DNA of 64,000 nucleotides from Actinomycetota bacterium (lineage in GTDB: Bacteria > Actinomycetota > Acidimicrobiia > Spongiisociales > UBA11373), in contig JAHLKU010000003.1 in assembly GCA_020444505.1 (NCBI GenBank), positions 21,824 to 85,823 on the forward strand, read 5' to 3'. The notes under the pieces are model-generated. The model was not told where the DNA came from. It ran no database searches and saw nothing but the letters and a program-made list of their open reading frames with translations. Position numbers and translations under genes: made by a program. Below, one piece after another: positions 58,181 to 64,000 of the stretch. Position 1 is the first letter of the stretch. Every line of letters begins with the position of its first letter.

Positions 58181-61100
58181 TCAGCGGGTGGTGAGCCCCT
58201 TGTAGGACTCGACGAACCCGGCGTCGAGCAAGGCCCTGCCCAGCGGGGTCTCGCGGGCGGGCGCCCCGTCGATGGCGGCGATGGTGTGCCGCCGGCCCCT
58301 CGCCCCGCCGCGTTGCAGGGCCGCCGCCAGCGCGGCGGCCACCGGTTCCGGCGAGGCGCCGTCGAACGTGGCCACGCGCCGCCCTCCCCGCTCCACGAAC
58401 GCGGCGAGGCGCCCGCCGTCGAGCACCACCAGCGCCCCGGCGGTGCGCGACGGACGCGCCCGGTCGCGCTCGGGCCACGGCAGCGCCGCGCCGTACGGGT
58501 TTGCGGGGTCGGTGGCGCCGAGCACCACGGCGGGGCCCGGGTCGGCGGGAGCCCGCAGCCGCTCTACCGCCCCGGCGAGGGCGAACTGCGAGCCGCCGAG
58601 GCCCTCGACGAAGTAGCCGCGGCGGACCCGCCCCGCCTCCTCCATGGCGCCGAACACCGGGTAGAGGCCGGCGAACCCGCCGGGGATCGCCTCGGAGAGC
58701 ACCGCATCGCGGACCACGATGCCGTGGCGCTCCAGCAACTGCTCGGCACGGGCTGCGGCGGCGGCGGTGGGGTCGGCGCGGCCCGGCAGGCCCTCTACGA
58801 GCCCCCAGCGGCCGCTGGCGGCGGGAGGCGCCGACGAGGAGGGCAGCGCCGGCCGCCCCGCCGTGCGGCGGTTGCGGCCCGTCAGGCGGGCGCGCAGCGG
58901 AGCGAGGGTGTCGTTGGTGACCTCGCCCGCCCACACCAGGTCCCACAGGGCATCGACGACGGCGTCGGGGTCGCCGCCGCCGGCCGCCTCGTACAGGTCG
59001 CCGAAGAACGATGCGCCCCGCCGCTCGAGGTGGGTGCGGAGGGCGTCGTGGAGCGGCCCGTCCGGCCGGTCCACGTCGAGCGGCCACGCCAGGGTGGCGG
59101 CATGGTCACGCAGGTACAGGGCCACCCGCCCGTCCCCGGCGCCCAGCGGGCCCCTGCCCACCCACACCACCTCGCCTGCTGCGGCGAGGGCGTCGAGCAT
59201 CGCCGGGGCGTAGTCGAGGCGGGCCGCCAGGGCCGACGACTCCAGCGTCGAAGCGGGCAGCGCCGCCCCCTGCAGGCGGCGGACGGCCCGCAGCAGGTCG
59301 TCGGTGGAGCCTCCGCCGTCGCCGATGCCGTGCCAGGAGACGCCGAAGCGGGCGAACGCCGCCGGGTCGGCCGGCTCCACCTCGCTCCGCAGCCGGGCCA
59401 GCGAACGGCGCCGCAGCCGCCGCAACACCCCGGCGTCCACCCACTCCCGGCCCGCCCCTCCCGGGCGGAAGGCGCCCCGGGAGACCCGCCCGGCGCGCTC
59501 CAGCGAGCTCAGGGCGCCGTCCACGACGGCGGGCGGGAGGCCGAGGGACGCGGCCGCCTCCCCGGCGGTGAACGGAGTGTGGGTACGGGCGAAGCGTCCC
59601 ACCACGTCGCCGAGCGGGTCGGCGGGGGAGTCCAGGAACGCATCGGGGACGCCCCGGGGAGGCGGGATGCCCAGGGCGTCGCGCAGCCGCCCGGCGTCCT
59701 CGACGGCGGCCCAGCGGAGTCCGTCACCGGCCCCGATCCGCATCACGCGGTGGCCCTGCTCCAGGGCCTCCAGTGCTTCGTCGAGCGCGCTCGGGTCGTC
59801 GGTGCGGGCGGCGAGGCCGGGGCGGTCGAGGGGGCCCAGGTCGCGGAGCAGGTCGTGGAGGCCGTCTACGCCGCGCGCGGCTCGCTCCGGTGCCAGGTGT
59901 TGCAGTTCGAGCTCTACCTCGGCGATGACGTCGGGCGACAGCAGCTCGCGCAGCTCGGGCTCGCCCAGCAGGTCCCGCAGCAGATCGCGGTCGATGGTGA
60001 GCGCCATGGCCCTCCGCTCGGCCGGAGGGGCGTCGTACTCGTACATGAACGAGGCGATGAAGTCGAAGGTGAGCGACGACGCGAACGGGCTGGAGGCCGG
60101 CAGGTCGACGGTGGTGAGCCGGATGCGGCGGGCGGAGATGTCGCCCAGCACCTCCCGCAGCGCGGGCAGGTCGAAGTGCTCCTGGAGCACCTCCCGGTAG
60201 GCCTCCAGCACGATGGGGAAGCCGGGATGGCGGCGGGCCACTTCCAGCAGCCCGGCCGCCTTGCGGCGCTGCAGCCACAGCGGGGTGCGCCGCCCCGGGC
60301 GCCGGCGGGGCAGCAGCAGGGAGCGGCCGGCCGCCTCCCGGAAGCGCGAGGCGAACAGGGCGGTGGCGCCCACTTCATCGACCACGAGGGGCTCCACCTC
60401 GTCGGGCTCGAGGGCGAGCACCTGCGGCGGCGGGGTCTCGTCGGCGTCGGGGAAGCGGAGGATGATGCCGTCGTCCGACCAGACCGCATCGGCCTCCATG
60501 CCGTGCTCGTCGCGGATGCGGCGGGCCGCCGCCATCGCCCACGGGGCGTGGACCCTGGCGCCGAACGGCGAGAGCAGCACCATTCGCCAGTCGCCGATCT
60601 CGTCGCGGAACCGCTCGACGACGACGGTGCGGTCGGTGGGCAGCGCCCCGGTGGCCTGCCGCTCGTCCTCCAGGTACTGGACCAGGTTGGCGGCGGCCCG
60701 CCGCTCGAGGCGGTACACCGTCTCGAGGCGCTCCCGGGCGTCGGCGGGGGGGAGCGCCCCGATCTCCCGGATGAACGCCCCCAGGGCGCGGCCGGTCTCC
60801 AGCGGGCGCCCCAGCCGGTCGCCGTGCCAGAAGGGCATGCGGGCGGCGGGCCGGCCCGGCGCCGGCGTGACGATGACCCGGTCGTGGCCGATCTCGTCGA
60901 TGCGCCAGGTGGTGGACCCGAGCACGAACACGTCGCCGACCCGGCTCTCGTACACCATCTCCTCGTCGAGTTCGCCCACGCGGCCACCCTCGGGGAGGGT
61001 GACGGTGAACAGGCCGCGGTCGGGGATGGTGCCCGGGTTGGTGACGGCGAGCAGCCGGGCGTTGGGCCGGGCCGACAGGGTGCCCGCCACCCGGTCCCAC

Positions 61101-62560
61101 ACCAGGCGGGGGCGCAACTCGGCGAACTCGTCGGACGGGTAGCGCCCGGAGAGCATGTCGAGCACCGCCTCGAAGGGGCCGCGGCCCAGGTCGGCGTAGT
61201 TGGCGGCCCGCCGCACCATGTCGTAGAGGGCATCCACCTCCCAGTCGTCCTGGCTGACGGCGGCGACCACCTGCTGGGCGAGCACGTCGAGCGGGTTGGC
61301 CGGGATGCGGGTGGCCTCGACCAACCCGTCCTGCATCCGGTCCACCACCAGCGCGGCCTCCAGCAGGTCGCCGCGGTGCTTGGGGAACACCTTCGCCTTG
61401 CTGGGGGCGCCCACCTGGTGCCCCGCCCTGCCCACCCGCTGCAGCCCGCGGGCAACCGAGGTGGGCGACTCCACCAGCACCACCAGGTCGACGGCCTCCA
61501 TGTCCACCCCGAGCTCCAGCGACGAGGTGGCGACCACGCAGCGGAGGTCGCCGCGCTTGAGATCGTCCTCGATGGCCACCCGCTGCTCCCGGCTCACCGA
61601 GCCGTGGTGTGCCTTGGCGACCTCCTCGCCGGCGAGGGCGTTCAGCTCGGCGGCGATGCGCTCCACCAGGCTCCTGCTGTTGGAGAAGACGATCGTGGAG
61701 CGGTGCGCCATCACCTGCTCCAGCAGTTCGGGGTACATCGCCGGCCAGATCGACCGCCTCGGTGGTTCGTCGCCGTCGGCGGGAGCGCCGACGTCGGGGC
61801 GGGTGAGGTCCTCCACCGGCACCACCACCTCGACATCGAGGGCCTTGTCGCGCGGGGCGTCCACCACCGTCACCGGCCGCGGGCTCCGGGTGCCGCCGGC
61901 CACCTCGGCGCCGCCGAGGAACCGGGCGATCTCGTCCAGCGGCCGCTGGGTGGCCGACAGGCCGATCCGCTGCGGCGGGGCGGCGGCGACCTCCTCGAGA
62001 CGCTCCAGGCTGAGCGCCAGGTGGGCGCCCCGCTTGGTCCCCGCCACCGAGTGGATCTCGTCCACCACCACCCACCGGACCGGGGCGAGGATCTCCCGGG
62101 CGGCGCTGGTGAGGATCAGGTAGAGGCTCTCGGGGGTGGTGATGAGCACGTCCGGTGGATGGCGCTGCATGCGCCTGCGGTCGGCGGCGGGGGTGTCGCC
62201 GGTCCGCATCGCGGTCGCAGGCGCGGCCACCTCGACGCCGGCCGCCGCCGCGGCGTTGGCGATGCCGGTGAGCGGCGCCCGCAGGTTGCGCTCGATGTCG
62301 TAGGCCAGCGCCTTCAGCGGAGAGACGTACAGCAATCGCAGCCGCTGCCGTTCTGGTGGGGCCGGCTCGGAGAACAGGCGGTCGAGGCCCCACAGGAAGG
62401 CGGCGAGGGTCTTGCCGGAGCCGGTGGGGGCGTGGATGAGTGTGTGGCCGCCGGCGCCGATGGCCGCCCACCCCTGTTCCTGCGCCGGCGTCGGGGCGGC
62501 GAACGCCGAGGCGAACCACGCCCGCGTGGGGGCGGCGAACAGGTCGAGGGAGCCGGCCAT
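58181..62560 (-). CDS. lhr: Lhr-family ATP-dependent helicase, full length (~1459 aa)
   Basis: APTGSGKTLAAF, YVSPLKAL, TTPESL, DEIH, GLSATQRP, HHGS, ATSSLELG, QRVGRAGH, GELDEEMVYE, C-terminal RRGYFVEGLG...DPANPYG. Confidence 0.95.
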   Translation of the reverse strand: MAGSLDLFAAPTRAWFASAFAAPTPAQEQGWAAIGAGGHTLIHAPTGSGKTLAAFLWGLDRLFSEPAPPERQRLRLLYVSPLKALAYDIERNLRAPLTGIANAAAAAGVEVAAPATAMRTGDTPAADRRRMQRHPPDVLITTPESLYLILTSAAREILAPVRWVVVDEIHSVAGTKRGAHLALSLERLEEVAAAPPQRIGLSATQRPLDEIARFLGGAEVAGGTRSPRPVTVVDAPRDKALDVEVVVPVEDLTRPDVGAPADGDEPPRRSIWPAMYPELLEQVMAHRSTIVFSNSRSLVERIAAELNALAGEEVAKAHHGSVSREQRVAIEDDLKRGDLRCVVATSSLELGVDMEAVDLVVLVESPTSVARGLQRVGRAGHQVGAPSKAKVFPKHRGDLLEAALVVDRMQDGLVEATRIPANPLDVLAQQVVAAVSQDDWEVDALYDMVRRAANYADLGRGPFEAVLDMLSGRYPSDEFAELRPRLVWDRVAGTLSARPNARLLAVTNPGTIPDRGLFTVTLPEGGRVGELDEEMVYESRVGDVFVLGSTTWRIDEIGHDRVIVTPAPGRPAARMPFWHGDRLGRPLETGRALGAFIREIGALPPADARERLETVYRLERRAAANLVQYLEDERQATGALPTDRTVVVERFRDEIGDWRMVLLSPFGARVHAPWAMAAARRIRDEHGMEADAVWSDDGIILRFPDADETPPPQVLALEPDEVEPLVVDEVGATALFASRFREAAGRSLLLPRRRPGRRTPLWLQRRKAAGLLEVARRHPGFPIVLEAYREVLQEHFDLPALREVLGDISARRIRLTTVDLPASSPFASSLTFDFIASFMYEYDAPPAERRAMALTIDRDLLRDLLGEPELRELLSPDVIAEVELELQHLAPERAARGVDGLHDLLRDLGPLDRPGLAARTDDPSALDEALEALEQGHRVMRIGAGDGLRWAAVEDAGRLRDALGIPPPRGVPDAFLDSPADPLGDVVGRFARTHTPFTAGEAAASLGLPPAVVDGALSSLERAGRVSRGAFRPGGAGREWVDAGVLRRLRRRSLARLRSEVEPADPAAFARFGVSWHGIGDGGGSTDDLLRAVRRLQGAALPASTLESSALAARLDYAPAMLDALAAAGEVVWVGRGPLGAGDGRVALYLRDHAATLAWPLDVDRPDGPLHDALRTHLERRGASFFGDLYEAAGGGDPDAVVDALWDLVWAGEVTNDTLAPLRARLTGRNRRTAGRPALPSSSAPPAASGRWGLVEGLPGRADPTAAAAARAEQLLERHGIVVRDAVLSEAIPGGFAGLYPVFGAMEEAGRVRRGYFVEGLGGSQFALAGAVERLRAPADPGPAVVLGATDPANPYGAALPWPERDRARPSRTAGALVVLDGGRLAAFVERGGRRVATFDGASPEPVAAALAAALQRGGARGRRHTIAAIDGAPARETPLGRALLDAGFVESYKGLTTR

Positions 62561-62632
62561 GGCGGCAGCGTACCGGGGACCGCCGACACGGCGTCGGCAG
62601 CGACGGCGCCCGCCGGATGCCATCATGAGGGA

Positions 62633-63109
62633 GTGAGGAAGCCGTTGCTCGCCGTCGGGATGGCGGTCGTGATCTGGGTGGTGTTCCTGCCCGGCATGCT
62701 GGTGAACAACCGCACCGGATCGTGGACGCCGCCCTGGCGGCCGTGGTTCCTGGTGGTGCTGGGCGCGGCGACGCTCGCGGTGGGGTGCTGGCTGATCTGG
62801 CGGGCGGCCGTGCAGTTGCAGGACGCAGGGATCTCGCCGTTCGCGGCGCACCCCGGGCCGGTCCTGCTCACCGACGGCCTGTACGCCCGGGTCCGGAACC
62901 CCATGGACCTGGGCACCACCCTGACGGCGCTGGCGCCGGCCGTGGCCGTCGACCTCTCGGTGGTGTGGATCGTGCCGTTCGCCGCCTTCGTCTACTACGC
63001 CATGGGCCGCGGCCCGCTGGAGCACTCCTATCTGCACGAGGCGTTCGGCGAGCAGTGGGAGGACTACCGGGCGGCCGTGCCGTTGTGGACGCCGCTCTGG
63101 ACCAGGTGA
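62633..63109 (+). CDS. Isoprenylcysteine carboxyl methyltransferase/PEMT-family membrane protein
   Basis: LLTDGLYARVRNPM, LEHSYL..AFGEQWEDY..AVP.W. Confidence 0.8.
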   Translation: MRKPLLAVGMAVVIWVVFLPGMLVNNRTGSWTPPWRPWFLVVLGAATLAVGCWLIWRAAVQLQDAGISPFAAHPGPVLLTDGLYARVRNPMDLGTTLTALAPAVAVDLSVVWIVPFAAFVYYAMGRGPLEHSYLHEAFGEQWEDYRAAVPLWTPLWTR

Positions 63110-64000
63110 GCGGGCGCACTGCCGGCGGCACGGACGTGTCGGTGGTGATCGCCACCTACGACCGTCCCGACACCCTGGCCGTCGCCCTCGACTCGGTGCT
63201 CCGCCAGACGGCCGGGCCGCGGGAGGTGGTGGTAGTCGGGGACGGGTGCGACGACCGGACCGCCGAGGTCGTGGCCGGGACGGGTGGGCCGGTTCGCTAC
63301 CTCGACCTCCCGTTCCGCTGCGGTGAGCAGGCCATCCCCAACGCGGCGGGGTCGGCCATCGCACGGGGGGAGGTCATCGCCTACCTGAATCACGACGACG
63401 TGTGGCTCCCCGATCACCTCGAGCACTCGCTCGCCGCCATGCACGGCTCGGGAGCGGCCTGGCATCTCGGCGCGGCGCTGTTCGCGTTGCGCAAGGAGGG
63501 ATCGGCGGTGCCCCGATTCACCGATCGCACGCCGGAAGGCCGGTCGATCGGCGAGGCCTTCCACCGCACCCACCGCTATCTGGAGCCGGTCAGCACCTGG
63601 CTGGTGAGCAGGGCGGCGCTCGCCGGCGTCGGGTGGTGGCGCCCCGCTCGCCGGTTGTACCGGACGCCCACGCAGGACCTGGCACTCCGGCTGTGGCGAT
63701 CGGCGGGTGCGCCCTCGCTCTCCGACCGGCCGACCGTGTTGAAGGCGGCGGGGGGAGGCACGCGCCCGGCGAAGGGCAGTGGTGGGGCGATCCCCTCGTA
63801 TCGCCAGCCCTCGGCGTGGCATGCCGACATCGCCGCTGCGATGCGGTCCGGATCGCTCCGCGCTGCGTTCCCACCCCTCGACGGCGCCCGCCTCGATCGG
63901 GGCTCGCATGTCGCTGCCGACCCGGGCGGGCCGCCGCGATGGATGCGCCCGGTGGCCGAACGGTTGATCGGGCGGCGCGCAGCCGGGCTGTACCGGCGCA
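63106..64000 (+). CDS. Glycosyltransferase family 2, 3'-truncated by the window edge (absent from the ORF track)
   Basis: GTGA overlap; VSVVIATYDRPDTL..ALDSVLRQT, VVVGDGCDD, IAYLNHDDVWLPDHL; open frame to the end of the window. Confidence 0.88.
   Translation, partial: MSGRTAGGTDVSVVIATYDRPDTLAVALDSVLRQTAGPREVVVVGDGCDDRTAEVVAGTGGPVRYLDLPFRCGEQAIPNAAGSAIARGEVIAYLNHDDVWLPDHLEHSLAAMHGSGAAWHLGAALFALRKEGSAVPRFTDRTPEGRSIGEAFHRTHRYLEPVSTWLVSRAALAGVGWWRPARRLYRTPTQDLALRLWRSAGAPSLSDRPTVLKAAGGGTRPAKGSGGAIPSYRQPSAWHADIAAAMRSGSLRAAFPPLDGARLDRGSHVAADPGGPPRWMRPVAERLIGRRAAGLYRR

Overview
High-GC (roughly 70%+ by eye) bacterial chromosomal DNA, gene-dense, very likely actinobacterial (Acidimicrobiia-like; this is an inference from the lipoprotein style, serC/Lhr/MurT-GatD types and many leaderless genes). 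I found no rRNA, tRNA, CRISPR array, integrase or transposase. The main discovery is a ~16 kb co-directional cluster (5342-21492) that the ORF track fragments. It encodes a selenocysteine-dependent glycine/sarcosine/betaine-reductase-like complex: a GrdE-like protein, GrdB with an in-frame UGA at 7700 followed by a SECIS-like hairpin, GrdC, and GrdA with an in-frame UGA at 9574 in a CFVU motif. The cluster has no grdD and no thioredoxin genes, its GrdE/GrdB active-site motifs are altered, and it runs on into a sugar-type catabolic set (ALDH, Zn-dehydrogenase, FGGY kinase, class I aldolase, flavin reductase, VOC), a FadR regulator with two matching operator boxes, and a BMP/nucleoside-type ABC importer. 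An oxygen-sensitive-type 2-hydroxyacyl-CoA dehydratase plus ATP-dependent activator operon converges on it. The rest is mostly housekeeping and accessory genes: ABC exporters, DEAD-box helicase, 5'-nucleotidase, MscS, a LysA-like/KDSR-like operon, a sigma factor, rbsK/nucleoside hydrolase, serC, an aminotransferase, aroQ, murT-gatD, haloalkane dehalogenase, Lhr and a GT2. A small FYVE-like zinc-finger gene also sits here. All family calls come from motif recognition by eye; no database searches were run.
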